A stretch of 64,000 bases of DNA, from assembly GCA_963734455.1 (NCBI GenBank), contig CAVTHC010000004.1, forward strand, positions 1,852 to 65,851, in the 5' to 3' direction. The notes beneath the pieces were generated by a model that saw only the letters and a list, made by a program, of their open reading frames with translations, did not search any database and was not told where the DNA came from. Below are positions 37,466-50,149 of this stretch, in pieces. Source of the DNA: Terriglobia bacterium. GTDB taxonomy: Bacteria > Acidobacteriota > Terriglobia > Terriglobales > Acidobacteriaceae. A program made the position numbers and the translations under genes. Position 1 is the stretch's first letter. Each line of letters starts with the position of its first letter.

Positions 37466-38649
37466 GCGGGGTCCTGTCTTTTGGAAAGTCCTTCAGCCGG
37501 CATGGTGAAATTTATGATTGTGCCTCCGCCTTCATGCGGCATTGCCTTGATCCGGCCGCCGTGCCGCTCGACGATCTTCTTGCAGATCGCCAGTCCGATG
37601 CCATTGCCGGGATATTCGGTGCGGGTATGCAATCGCTTGAAAATGATGAAGACGTGCTCGGCGTACTCCTCGGATATACCAATGCCGTTGTCGGCCACCG
37701 AGAAGATCCATTCCGTACTCTTTTTCTCCGCCGAGATCTGAATGACTGGGGCCTGGGCGCTACGAAACTTGATGGCGTTTCCGATAAGGTTCTGGAACAC
37801 CTGTTGCAGCTGTGATCCGTTGGCCAGCAGCCGGGGCAAAGGCCCATGCGTAACCGTCGCCCCGGTTTCGAGGATGGCGGTGCGCAGGTTCGCCATGGTC
37901 TGCTCCACCACCTCGTTGCAGTCCGTGGTCGCTACCGCAGTCTCTTGACGGCCTACGCGGGAAAACGCCAAGAGGTCGTGGATCAGGCTCTGCATGCGGG
38001 CTGCACCGTCGACCGCGTAATGGATATATTTGTCGGCCTGATCGTCCAGTTGGCCGCGATAGCGGTCGGCCAGCAGCTGGGTGTAGGCCGAGACCATGCG
38101 CAAGGGTTCCTGCAGGTCGTGCGAAGCCACGTAGGCGAACTGTTCCAGGTCGGCATTGGAGCGGGCCAGTTCCGCGATTTTCTGGGCCAGCGACTCTTGT
38201 CCGCGTTTGCGTTCTTCGCGCAATTGTCTGTCCTTCAGTGCGCCGCGCAAGGCCACCGACAACCGGGCCAGCGAATCTTTCAACACATAGTCGGTGACGC
38301 CTTGCTTGATGCACTCGACGGCGGTGACATCTCCCAGAGCGCCCGACACCAGGATCAAGGGGATGTCCAGGCCTTCCTGGCGCAGAATTTCCAGAGCTTC
38401 AGTACCTCTCCACTGTCCCAGGTTGTAGTCGGCCAGCACCACATCCGGGTGGTTGGTTCTTATCCGCAGACGGAAGTCATCGGCGGTTACGGCCACGTCG
38501 GCGGTGATTTCGAATTCACCCTTCTGCAGCTCCCGCAGGATCAGGTCCCGGTCAGCGGGATCGTCTTCGACCAGCAAAACCCGCAGCTGAGGCCGGGAAG
38601 CGTTTGCGGGACCGGACTCGCGGGCTAATTGGGTGGCGGCTGGGTTCAT
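37462..38649 (-). CDS. receiver-histidine kinase fusion
   Basis: Probable ATG at 38649 overlapping the upstream stop (ATGA). Receiver VLLVEDDPADRDL, H-box ASHDLQEPLR, ATPase domain GNGIGLAICKKIV. Confidence 0.85.
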   Translation of the reverse strand: MNPAATQLARESGPANASRPQLRVLLVEDDPADRDLILRELQKGEFEITADVAVTADDFRLRIRTNHPDVVLADYNLGQWRGTEALEILRQEGLDIPLILVSGALGDVTAVECIKQGVTDYVLKDSLARLSVALRGALKDRQLREERKRGQESLAQKIAELARSNADLEQFAYVASHDLQEPLRMVSAYTQLLADRYRGQLDDQADKYIHYAVDGAARMQSLIHDLLAFSRVGRQETAVATTDCNEVVEQTMANLRTAILETGATVTHGPLPRLLANGSQLQQVFQNLIGNAIKFRSAQAPVIQISAEKKSTEWIFSVADNGIGISEEYAEHVFIIFKRLHTRTEYPGNGIGLAICKKIVERHGGRIKAMPHEGGGTIINFTMPAEGLSKRQDPA

Positions 38650-39125
38650 TTCGATTCCTGCATGGCTGCGTTGACTTCGTGGACGCGCGGACGCTGGTTG
38701 ATTACCATCCAATACAGGCCTATCGTCTTCACGGTTGCGCGAAAATTCTCGAAGTCCACCGGCTTCTGAATGTAGCTGTTGGCTCCCAGATCGTAGCTGC
38801 GCACCAGGTCTCGTTCTTCCTTCGAAGAGGTCAGGACCACCACCGGAATCAACTTAGTCCGGGGGTCTTGCTTGAGCTGTGCTAGAACCTCGATGCCACC
38901 CACTTTGGGCAATTTCAAATCGAGCAGGACCAGTTTGGGCGGACGCTCGAAAGAACGGGTCGCAAACGCGCCGCGACAGAAGAGAAAATCCAAAGCTTCC
39001 TCTCCATCGCGGGCGACGAAGATGCTGTTGGCCAGGTGTTCGCGCCGCAGGGCATGGATGGCCAGCTCGGCGTCGTCGTTGCTGTCTTCCACCAGCAGGA
39101 TGTCAATCTCATCTGAGTTCACCAT
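38646..39125 (-). CDS. single-domain response regulator
   Basis: ATG at 39125 overlaps the PAS-kinase stop (ATGA). ILLVEDSNDDAEL...LVLLDLKLPKVGG...VVVLTSS...GANSYIQKP. Confidence 0.85.
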   Translation of the reverse strand: MVNSDEIDILLVEDSNDDAELAIHALRREHLANSIFVARDGEEALDFLFCRGAFATRSFERPPKLVLLDLKLPKVGGIEVLAQLKQDPRTKLIPVVVLTSSKEERDLVRSYDLGANSYIQKPVDFENFRATVKTIGLYWMVINQRPRVHEVNAAMQESK

Positions 39126-41263
39126 CACGCTCCCTCGACCACACTTTCTTTTCTTGTCGCGGCAGGTTGCATACCACCCAGGGTGAAATAGAATGTCGCG
39201 CCTCGGTCCAATTCCGCCTCCGCCCAAACCCTGCCTTGGTGCTTCTTGACGATTCGCTGCACGGTGGCCAGTCCCACACCGGTGCCCTCGAAGTCTTCCT
39301 CGCGGTGCAGGCGCTGAAAGACTCCAAAGAGCTTATCGGCATACTTCATACTGAACCCGACTCCGTTGTCGCGGACGAAGATGACGGAATCTCCATCGAT
39401 GTCCATTTGCCCAATCTCGATGACGGCGGGCGAACGTGGCCGCGAGTATTTGAGGGCATTCGAAATCAGGTTCTGGAATACCTGCTTGGTCAAGGTGGGG
39501 TCACACTCGACCGATGGCAAATCGCCGATTCTCCATTCCAGCTGCCGCCCCGCGATCTCGGGCTGGAGTATGCCGATGACCTCCTCGATCATGGGGCTCA
39601 AGGCGGTTAGCTGCAGATTAGGCGCCTGACGGCCGACCCGAGCCAGGCTTAACAACTCATCCACCAACTGACCCATTTTGTGGGTCCCATCCTGGATCCG
39701 CTGCAGATAATGTGCCGCTTCGGGAGCGAGAGTAGAGCCAAATTCTTCGACTAGAACTCCCGAAAAACCTGCGATGTGGCGCAACGGAGCACGCAGGTCA
39801 TGGGCGACGCTATAGGTGAAAGACTCCAGGTCTTGGTTGGCCTCGTCCAACTGGGCGGTGCGTTCCGCCACGCGGCGCTCGAGCCCCTCGTTCAACTTCT
39901 GGATTTCGTATTCGGACGCCTTGGTTTGGGTGATGTCGCGAAAGGCCACTACGCCGCCCCGCACCGTGCCGTGGCGGTCTTTCAAGGGCCCGGCGCTGGC
40001 CTCGATCCAGACACCCTCGCTAGTTTCTCGATGGCGCACAAACATCTGGGCGGTGCTGGCCTCGCCGCGAATGGCACGCACCAAGGGTAGTTGGTCGGAA
40101 GGAAAAGGGGTCACCATGTCTGCCAGGAAGAGGCCGTAGTGCTCTGACCATTGCTGGCTGGACAGGTTGGTAGCGCCCCGGCCAAGAATTTTCTCGGCAG
40201 CCGGGTTCCAGATGAGGAACTTTCCCTGTTCGTCGGCAGCTACTAGGCCCTCGCCCATACTGTCCAGCACGGCTTGCAGCATGCGCCTCTCTATCTCGAG
40301 AGCTTGCTGCGAACGCTTCAGTTCGTCGGACTGGCGCGCGAGTTCCCGGGCTTGCGCTGCCAGCTTTTCTTCCGTCTGCACGCGCTGGGTGATGTCATGC
40401 AAGACTTTGGCAAAGCCTCGCAGCGTTCCGGCCTGGTCATACATAGGTACTATGACGACCTGGGCCAGAAATGTTGAACCGTCCTTACGGATCCGCGTCC
40501 CGCGGCTCTCGAAGCGTCCCTTGGCGATCGCTTCCTGCAATGCCAGGGCGGGAAGACCGTCGTTTTGCTGGTCCGGCGGGTAGAAAATGGAAATGGGCCG
40601 GCCTAGAATTTCTTCCCGGCTGTAGCCCTTGATGCGGGCTGCTCCTGCATTCCAGGTGGCCACCCGGCCCTCCGGGTCAACCATGTAAACCGCGTAGTCC
40701 TTGATGCCGTCGAGCAGCAGGCGAAGCATTTCTTCATTGGTTCGCAGCCCTTCTTCGGTTCGCAGGCGGTCCGTGATGTCGCGCAGAATAACGGTAAACA
40801 GTTTTCTCCCGCCGGTTACGGTGTGGGAGACGGAAGCCTCGACCTGAAATTCCTCGCCGTCGGCTCGCAAGGCGCAGAGCGGGCCTCTCGGGTGCATGCT
40901 CCGATTGCTGCCTCCAGTTTCACCAAACTTGAGGATGTGTGCGCGGTGGGCGACCTGGAAGCGCTCTGGAATGAAGCGGTCGATCGTTTGACCCAACGCC
41001 TCCGCCGGCGGGCAACGAAACATTTTCGCCGCCGCCGCGTTGAACAGCAGGATGCGCTGTTGCTCGTCCAGAGTAATGATGGCGTCCCGGCCCGACTCGA
41101 TGATGTCACGCAGGCCGTCCGGGCTTTCCTGCAGCGCCCCTGCAGTTCCGAGTTGAGCAGTCGCGAGGTGACTCATGCGGGAAAATGTCCTGGCTGCCAA
41201 TCTCTCAGACACAGCTGAAGCCGGCAGGCGCGGTTGGACTGAATACCCATGTATCTCAGTCAT
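39125..41263 (-). CDS. multi-PAS sensor histidine kinase
   Basis: 712-aa ORF with several PAS-like repeats, H-box VAHDLRAPLRH and ATPase domain GTGVGLATVQRIV. No obvious TM segments. Confidence 0.85.
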   Translation of the reverse strand: MTEIHGYSVQPRLPASAVSERLAARTFSRMSHLATAQLGTAGALQESPDGLRDIIESGRDAIITLDEQQRILLFNAAAAKMFRCPPAEALGQTIDRFIPERFQVAHRAHILKFGETGGSNRSMHPRGPLCALRADGEEFQVEASVSHTVTGGRKLFTVILRDITDRLRTEEGLRTNEEMLRLLLDGIKDYAVYMVDPEGRVATWNAGAARIKGYSREEILGRPISIFYPPDQQNDGLPALALQEAIAKGRFESRGTRIRKDGSTFLAQVVIVPMYDQAGTLRGFAKVLHDITQRVQTEEKLAAQARELARQSDELKRSQQALEIERRMLQAVLDSMGEGLVAADEQGKFLIWNPAAEKILGRGATNLSSQQWSEHYGLFLADMVTPFPSDQLPLVRAIRGEASTAQMFVRHRETSEGVWIEASAGPLKDRHGTVRGGVVAFRDITQTKASEYEIQKLNEGLERRVAERTAQLDEANQDLESFTYSVAHDLRAPLRHIAGFSGVLVEEFGSTLAPEAAHYLQRIQDGTHKMGQLVDELLSLARVGRQAPNLQLTALSPMIEEVIGILQPEIAGRQLEWRIGDLPSVECDPTLTKQVFQNLISNALKYSRPRSPAVIEIGQMDIDGDSVIFVRDNGVGFSMKYADKLFGVFQRLHREEDFEGTGVGLATVQRIVKKHQGRVWAEAELDRGATFYFTLGGMQPAATRKESVVEGA

Positions 41264-41542
41264 CGGCGGAACCGAGGCCGGCTTTAACCGAAAGCAGGCG
41301 GGAATCTAACCCGATGGCCCGGCATCTTCGTGCCCCCTCCGGGTTGAAGGACATGACCTTTCAGGCGCGCCGGATTGGTTCCTGGCTAAAGCGCGAATCC
41401 CGCCCTGCCGAAGAACCCGGTGTGGTTCCGCGTCCGGCGAGGAAGCCGGCCGGGAGTCAGGAACCGCCGGAGAACTTCGGTGCGGATGGGCATCGCAATT
41501 TTCAGGCCGCCGGGCGGGTCCAGGGCCCGGAGAAAACGCCGG

Positions 41543-43552
41543 ATGGGCAGCGCCATGCGCCGGCTCAGCCCGCTGGCGCTGCTTTTCCTTGCCGTTTTCC
41601 CGTTATGGGCGCAGGTGAAATCCGCCGACCTGACCGACCTGAGCCTAGAAGACTTGATGGACACCAAGGTGACCTCGGTGTCGAAGACCGAGCAAAAAAT
41701 ATCGCGGACCGCGTCCGCCATATTCGTCATCAGCGCGATCGACATTGCGCGTTCCGGCGCCACCAACATTCCCGATCTGTTGCGCATGGTTCCCGGACTC
41801 GATGTGGCGCAGATTAATGCCAACACCTGGGCCATCAATGCCCGCGGGCTTAACGGACGTTTCAGCAACGAACTGCTGGTGATGCTGGATGGGCGGGCGG
41901 TGTACACCCCGACGTTTGGCGGGGTTTTGTGGGACACGCTGGACCTTCCCCTGGAGGACATCGAAAGCATTGAAGTCATTCGCGGACCGGGGGGAACAAT
42001 CTGGGGCGCCAACGCGGTCAACGGAGTGGTCAACATCATTACCAAAAAAGCCGGGGAAACCAAAGGCGGCATGCTGGTGGCCGGTGGCGGCAATCTGGAC
42101 CAGGGATTTGGGACAGCGCAGTATGGCGGCGGGCTGGGCAAGACCACGGACTACAGGATTTTCAGCAAATACTTTAACCAGGATCATCTGCCGGGTCCTG
42201 CCGGCGCTGTCGGGGCGGATGGCTGGCACCTGTTGCGCGGCGGCTTTCGCACCGACAGTCGCCTGTCGGGAAAAGACCACCTCATGGTGGAGGGCGATTT
42301 ATACAGCGGGCAGGAGAACGCTCCGGTCACGTTTCTTCCCTCGGTTACGTCGCCCGGGCTGCAGAACATCGATATTCAGGCTCCGCTGTCGGGCGGTTTT
42401 CTGAATTCCACCTGGGACCACGCTTTTTCCGCTGCTTCCGGCACCACCCTGCAGGTTTCCTTCGACCGCTACCAGCGCGCCGATATTCTCCAGGAGGACC
42501 GCAACACATTTGCCATCGACTTCCAGCACCACTTCGCCTGGGGCAGTCGGCAAGCCATCGTTTGGGGAGGCGGTTACCGGTTCACCGATTCGAGCACGCA
42601 CGGAAGTCTCACCGTGTCCCTGACTCCTCCGGACCTCAACATGCAAACCTTCAGCACGTTCTTCCAGGACGAAATCGCCTTGCTGCCGGACAAGCTCTAC
42701 CTCACGCTCGGCACCAAGCTGGAACATGACTTCTACACCGGGGTTGACTGGATGCCGAGCGCGCGGGTGTCGTGGACCCCCGACGCCCGGCAAATGTTTT
42801 GGGCAGCCGTCTCCCGGGCAGATCGAACGCCCTCACAGACCGATACCTCGGTGCGGGCCAATGTTGGCGGATTCCCCGGGCCCGGCGGCGTTCCGGTGTT
42901 ATTGGCCTTCGTGGGCAATCCGCTTGTCCAGAACGAAGAGCTGATTGCGTACGAACTGGGGTACCGGGTTGCGCTCTCCCCGCGTCTCTCGCTGGATGTC
43001 GCGGCCTATTACAGCGACTACCAGCATCTGGAGACCGCCGAGCCGGGCGCGCCTTTCTTCGAGAGCACGCCCTCTCCTCCTCATCTCGTCCAACCGTTTA
43101 TTTTCGAGAACCTCATGCATGGCGAAGCGCATGGACTCGAGCTGGCGGCGAACTGGAAGGTTACGGAGCGCTGGATGCTCAGCCCCGGGTATGCCTTCGA
43201 GCAAGTCCATTTGCACCTGGACGCCGCCAGCCATGACACCAGTTCCCTCCTGCCGGAGGAGGGCAGCAGCCCGGTCCACAGCGCCCAGCTGCGGTCCCAC
43301 CTCAACCTGTCGCGAGGAATCGGGTGGGATGCCTCGCTGTATTTCGTGGACCGCCTCAGGAGCGGGGCAGTCCCGTCTTATACCCGGCTGGATACCGGGC
43401 TCACCTGGCGATGGACGGAACAGCTCTCCATGAGCGTGGTGGGGCAGGACCTGGTGAGAGACCGGCACCTGGAGTTTGTCGATGAGAGCGGCACCGTGAG
43501 GTCCACGCTGATCAAGCGGAGCATTTACGGGAAACTTACCTGGCAATTCTGA
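41543..43552 (+). CDS. TonB-dependent outer-membrane receptor
   Basis: Signal RRLSPLALLFLAVFPLWAQ. Plug-domain signature (LEDLMDTKVTSVSK...IFVISAIDIARSGATNIPDLLRMVPGL). Long beta-barrel ending in an aromatic residue (…KLTWQF). The start (41543 or 41555) is uncertain. Confidence 0.85.
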   Translation: MGSAMRRLSPLALLFLAVFPLWAQVKSADLTDLSLEDLMDTKVTSVSKTEQKISRTASAIFVISAIDIARSGATNIPDLLRMVPGLDVAQINANTWAINARGLNGRFSNELLVMLDGRAVYTPTFGGVLWDTLDLPLEDIESIEVIRGPGGTIWGANAVNGVVNIITKKAGETKGGMLVAGGGNLDQGFGTAQYGGGLGKTTDYRIFSKYFNQDHLPGPAGAVGADGWHLLRGGFRTDSRLSGKDHLMVEGDLYSGQENAPVTFLPSVTSPGLQNIDIQAPLSGGFLNSTWDHAFSAASGTTLQVSFDRYQRADILQEDRNTFAIDFQHHFAWGSRQAIVWGGGYRFTDSSTHGSLTVSLTPPDLNMQTFSTFFQDEIALLPDKLYLTLGTKLEHDFYTGVDWMPSARVSWTPDARQMFWAAVSRADRTPSQTDTSVRANVGGFPGPGGVPVLLAFVGNPLVQNEELIAYELGYRVALSPRLSLDVAAYYSDYQHLETAEPGAPFFESTPSPPHLVQPFIFENLMHGEAHGLELAANWKVTERWMLSPGYAFEQVHLHLDAASHDTSSLLPEEGSSPVHSAQLRSHLNLSRGIGWDASLYFVDRLRSGAVPSYTRLDTGLTWRWTEQLSMSVVGQDLVRDRHLEFVDESGTVRSTLIKRSIYGKLTWQF

Positions 43553-43567
43553 AACAGGAACCAAAAA

Positions 43568-44185
43568 TTGGACGGTCCCGACAAGACGCCTGACAGGTTT
43601 GCCGAAGCCGCCGCCGTCTGGCCCCACGCCTCCCGAAATTGCTGGCGGCGGCTGGCGGTCGCGCTGGTCTTCGGTTTCGTGGTCATGGGGATGCGGGCGC
43701 AGACGGCCACGGAATATCAGGTCAAGGCGGCGTTTCTGTTCAATTTCGCGAAGTTCGTGGAATGGCCGGCTGACGCGTTTCCGGGCGCCGAGGCCCCGCT
43801 GCAAATTTGCGTGCTGGGACAGGATCCGTTCGACCCCGATTTCGAACAGGCGATCGCAGAGAAGACGGTGAACGGCCGCCGCCTGGCGATTGTTCATCCG
43901 GCCGGCCTGGGACAGGCAAAAGCCTGCCAGATCATCTTCGTGGCGGCTTCGGAAGGGCCGCGCATGCGCGAGATCCTGCGTGGCCTGAGAGGAACCGGCG
44001 CTCTCACTGTGGGCGATGCCGCCGGTTTTGCCCGCATGGGCGGGATCATCAATTTTGTCCTGGATGACAACCGGGTGCGTTTTGAAATCAATCTGCAAGC
44101 CGCGGACCGGGCCCACCTGAAGCTCAGCGCCCGGCTCTTGACCGTGGCCAAGCTGATCGTGCCGGACGATGGAACGGTGAACTAG
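43568..44185 (+). CDS. YfiR-family (DUF4154) periplasmic protein
   Basis: YQVKAAFLFNFAKFVEWP...LQICVLG...CQIIFV...GALTVGD...GGIINFVLDDNRVRFEINL...A..LKLSARLL matches the YfiR/DUF4154 pattern as I remember it. The start codon is uncertain (TTG at 43568). Confidence 0.75.
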   Translation: MDGPDKTPDRFAEAAAVWPHASRNCWRRLAVALVFGFVVMGMRAQTATEYQVKAAFLFNFAKFVEWPADAFPGAEAPLQICVLGQDPFDPDFEQAIAEKTVNGRRLAIVHPAGLGQAKACQIIFVAASEGPRMREILRGLRGTGALTVGDAAGFARMGGIINFVLDDNRVRFEINLQAADRAHLKLSARLLTVAKLIVPDDGTVN

Positions 44186-46935
<2,750 letters not shown>

Positions 46936-46939
<4 letters not shown>

Positions 46940-47952
46940 ATACTCCACCCGCCGGCCAGGCCCCGGAGGCCGGTTCCTCCGTGATATTGTCCCCGCCAGA
47001 TACCGTGTTGATCGCGGAAGATGATCCCATCTTCCGCCGCATCCTGGAAAACTGGTTGCAGAAATGGAATTACCGGGTCACCTCCCTGGAAAACGGCCTG
47101 GACGCGTGGAGCGTGCTGCAGCAAAAAGATGCTCCCCAGATGGCAATCCTGGACTGGATGATGCCGGGTCTCGACGGGGTTGAACTGTGCCGAAGGATCC
47201 GCAGTCACGAAGAGGGTCCATATAAATATGTGCTTCTACTCACGGCGAAAGGGAGCAAGGAAGATGTGGTGGCCGGCCTGGAAGCCGGGGCCGATGACTA
47301 TCTGACCAAACCATTTGATGTAAACGAACTGCGCGCGCGGGTGCGGGCGGGCAAGCGGATTCTGGAGCTCCAGGGCGCGCTGCTGAAAGTCCAAACCGAG
47401 CTGCAATTCGAGTCGGCGCACGACCACCTGACCGGCCTATGGAACCGCGGCGCCATCATGGGGCTGCTGCACCGGGAGACCCAGCGCAGCGTGCGGATCG
47501 GCGAGCCCCTGGGAGTGATGATGGCGGACCTCGACCACTTCAAACAGATCAACGACACCCACGGGCATCAGATTGGAGATGCCGTGTTGCGTGAAGTGGC
47601 CCGGCGCATGCTTGCCTCGGTGAGAAATTACGACTACGTGGGCCGCTACGGCGGGGAAGAGTTCCTGGTCGTGCTGGCCGAGTGCTCCGCCGCGGACCTG
47701 ATCGCGACCGCGGAACGGATGCGGGCCGGGGTCTCGAGAAAGCCGGTTGAAACCGATGTCGGGCCCATTGCCGTGACGGTGAGCATTGGAATCGTGGCCG
47801 CGCATCAATTGGGGGAACTGGTCAAGGGAGAGGCCCTGTTGCGGGCCGCCGATACAGCTCTCTATTGCGCCAAGACCAACGGCAGGAACCGCGTGGAACG
47901 CGCCCCGGAAATCGGTCCGGCGTCCCGCGCCCACGCCGGCGCGGCGCAGTAA
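46936..47952 (+). CDS. response regulator with GGDEF diguanylate cyclase output
   Basis: Receiver [12 protein letters not shown]...[16 protein letters not shown] domain with active site GGEEF and an RxxD I-site (RNYD) five residues upstream. ATGA overlap with the kinase stop. Confidence 0.9.
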
Positions 47953-47999
47953 AACGGCAACTCTCCGCAAATTTTGCGGATAACGCGTGGCGCAAAATT

Positions 48000-48461
48000 T
48001 TAGCGCCGGTATTTTCCCATCCACTCCGCCTGGCCGAGCACCAGGCTTTGCATCGCCTGTTCTACTTCCTGCCGGCTCACGCCCGGTTTGAGATCCAGCT
48101 TTTCCCTGAGCGCGAAGATTTTGAAAAAATAACGATGGGGCTGCCCCGGAGGCGGACACGGACCGTTGTAGCCGATCCGGCGAAAGTCGTTGCGCCCTTG
48201 CCGCTCGCCGCCCGGCAGTTCGTCAATCCGGGTCACACCTTCCGCCAGGCTGGTGGCAGCGGCGGGCAGGTCGAACAGCACCCAGTGGGTCCAGGTGCCG
48301 GAGGGAGCATCGGGATCATCGGCGATCAGCGCAAAGCTCTGAGTTCCGGGCGGAGGTTCGATCCACGAAAGTTCGGGAGAGACATCGGCGCCGTCGCAGG
48401 TGAATTTCCGGGGAATGTCGCCGCCATTCTCAAAAGCGCTGCTGGAGATCGCAAATGCCAT
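48000..48461 (-). CDS. YbhB/YbcL-family PEBP (Raf-kinase-inhibitor-like) protein
   Basis: FENGGDIPRKFTCDGADVSPEL.W...DDPDAP.GTWTHWV...GYNGPCPPPG..HRYFFKIFAL is the bacterial PEBP signature. Confidence 0.85.
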   Translation of the reverse strand: MAFAISSSAFENGGDIPRKFTCDGADVSPELSWIEPPPGTQSFALIADDPDAPSGTWTHWVLFDLPAAATSLAEGVTRIDELPGGERQGRNDFRRIGYNGPCPPPGQPHRYFFKIFALREKLDLKPGVSRQEVEQAMQSLVLGQAEWMGKYRR

Positions 48462-48504
48462 CTGCTCTGCTCTCGCTGCAGTTCCTGGCCCGGCTCAAAT
48501 CTTT

Positions 48505-48545
48505 GCCGAGCTGCGCTCGGCCTGGACGGGTCGGAGACCCGCCCT
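48505..48545. repeat. REP-like element (family A, copy 2)
   Basis: GCCGAGCTGCGCTCGGCCTGGACGGG is identical to 28674-28699. Followed by a second imperfect hairpin CGGGTC-GGA-GACCCG. Confidence 0.75.
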
Positions 48546-48569
48546 ACACAGACCGTGGTGGTGCAAGCG

Positions 48570-49466
48570 CTACTGGGTCGAGATGGTGAAATTTACCGTA
48601 ATCCGGGCTTCGGTTTCGACTGCCTGACCTGATTGCAGGTACGGCCTGAAGCGCCATTGTTTTACTGCTTCCCGGGCGGCGGTTGAAAGAATCGTGGGAC
48701 CGCTCAGAACGTGAAGGTCCTGAATATTTCCGTCCCGACCGATCAGGGCTTCGAGCACGACCGCGCCTTGCACCTTCATCTCTTTGGCCAGCAGCGGATA
48801 GTTAGGTTGAACCGGGCGGGAAATGATTTCGGCGGCCCCGGGAGAAAGATGGACGCGGGCGGTGGCATCGGCGATGCCGGCGGAATCCGAAGAAGCAGTG
48901 GGTGATCCGGACGCAGCGGAAGCCGGCGAGGGAGCTGCTGCCGAAGGCGAGAAAGGTGTTCTCGGCTGCAGGTCCACCCTGACCGAATTGCTGGTGGCCT
49001 GAACAGTGCGGTGCTCGTCTCCCGCGACCACTTCGACTTCGAGCGGAGGCAGGACGGCGCGAGTCATCACGACCGGCGCTAAGGCGGGCGCTGGCGCTGG
49101 ATCAGCGGTAGAAGGCGGCGGCGTGCGGGGCTTCGACTTCGCCCGCGCGTGAACCGCGGCCGGCGGCGTCGCCGGCGTGGCCGTGCTGGCGGTCTCTGCT
49201 GGAGCTTTCACATCGGATGAAGGTTCTTCGACGGGTTCCGATTCTGATTGCGCCGGCGGCGCCGGGGGAAACCAGAAGTCGCGGTCCTTGATCAAAACCA
49301 GAATGAGTGCGGCCAACAGCAGAGCCAGTGCGACCAGCATCTGACGGCGCTGCTTCCTTTCGGAACCATCCCCGACCGAAGGCGCAAGGTCAGTTACTTG
49401 ATTTTCCTCCAGCAACGGCATGACGCGAAAGCCCTCCCGCCCGCAGGGGAGACGGGCCTGCGGCAT
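48570..49466 (-). CDS. TonB-family energy transducer
   Basis: N-terminal TM MLVALALLLAALILVLI, a Pro/Ala-rich spacer, and a C-terminal TonB domain (PNYPLLAKEMKVQGAVVLEALIGRDGNIQDLHVLSG...REAVKQWRFRPY). Confidence 0.75.
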   Translation of the reverse strand: MPQARLPCGREGFRVMPLLEENQVTDLAPSVGDGSERKQRRQMLVALALLLAALILVLIKDRDFWFPPAPPAQSESEPVEEPSSDVKAPAETASTATPATPPAAVHARAKSKPRTPPPSTADPAPAPALAPVVMTRAVLPPLEVEVVAGDEHRTVQATSNSVRVDLQPRTPFSPSAAAPSPASAASGSPTASSDSAGIADATARVHLSPGAAEIISRPVQPNYPLLAKEMKVQGAVVLEALIGRDGNIQDLHVLSGPTILSTAAREAVKQWRFRPYLQSGQAVETEARITVNFTISTQ

Positions 49467-49696
49467 AGTATGCCTCGAAATTTCGCTCTAGGCCAGCGAA
49501 ACCGGCACATTGGCGGCCCGGGCGAGTCCTGAAAACGAGAGTGCAAGCATCGTCGACAAATCGTGATAAAGCCAATTGAATGAGATACCTACGATGGCGA
49601 GTGACCCGCGGAGCGGGAATGCCGCGGCAGGGACGTCCGGAGACAGAAACGCCCGGCTCGCGACGGCGGCCGGGCGTGTGGGTCAACCAGTTCTTT

Positions 49697-49861
49697 TCAA
49701 GCCGACTTTTTCAAGTCGCTGGGGAACGCGATAATCTTTCCGCGTTGCTCGACGGGCACCCACTTTACTTTCGGTTTAAAGCGCGACGGAATGTAGAACT
49801 CGATCACCTGTGCCATAAGCATCCTCCGATCCACCGCAGGCCGCTTGGCTTCTTGCATCAT
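49697..49861 (-). CDS. small hypothetical protein (54 aa)
   Basis: MMQEAKRPAVDRRMLMAQVIEFYIPSRFKPKVKWVPVEQRGKIIAFP... preceded by GAGG. The longer 125-aa ORF is inflated by read-through of the REP element. Confidence 0.35.
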   Translation of the reverse strand: MMQEAKRPAVDRRMLMAQVIEFYIPSRFKPKVKWVPVEQRGKIIAFPSDLKKSA

Positions 49862-50005
49862 CACCTCGCCAAGTTTTCTGCTTCGTTGCGTTATTAGATG
49901 CGGAGGGCGCAGAGAAGAGTCAGGCCGCATTGTGGTTATGGCCGCGCAACTTTTGCGGGACGGCGGTGTTTGATTCCCGCTCGCGAATCCGGCGATCGCC
50001 TCGAA

Positions 50006-50128
50006 CCACGTAGGGACAGATGTCCTCATCTGTCCGGCGGAGCGCAGCTCCGCGGTTTTTTTCGGGTCATGCAAGAACCTGTCGAGCTTCGCTCGACTGG
50101 ACAGATGAGGACATCTGTCCCTACGTGG
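50006..50128. repeat. pair of inverted REP-like units (family B)
   Basis: CCACGTAGGGACAGATGTCCTCATCTGTCC (50006-50035) is the exact reverse complement of 50099-50128. Each arm is itself a hairpin (GGACAGATG-n5-CATCTGTCC). Confidence 0.85.
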
Positions 50129-50149
50129 CCTGTGATGGAAATTGCGGGG

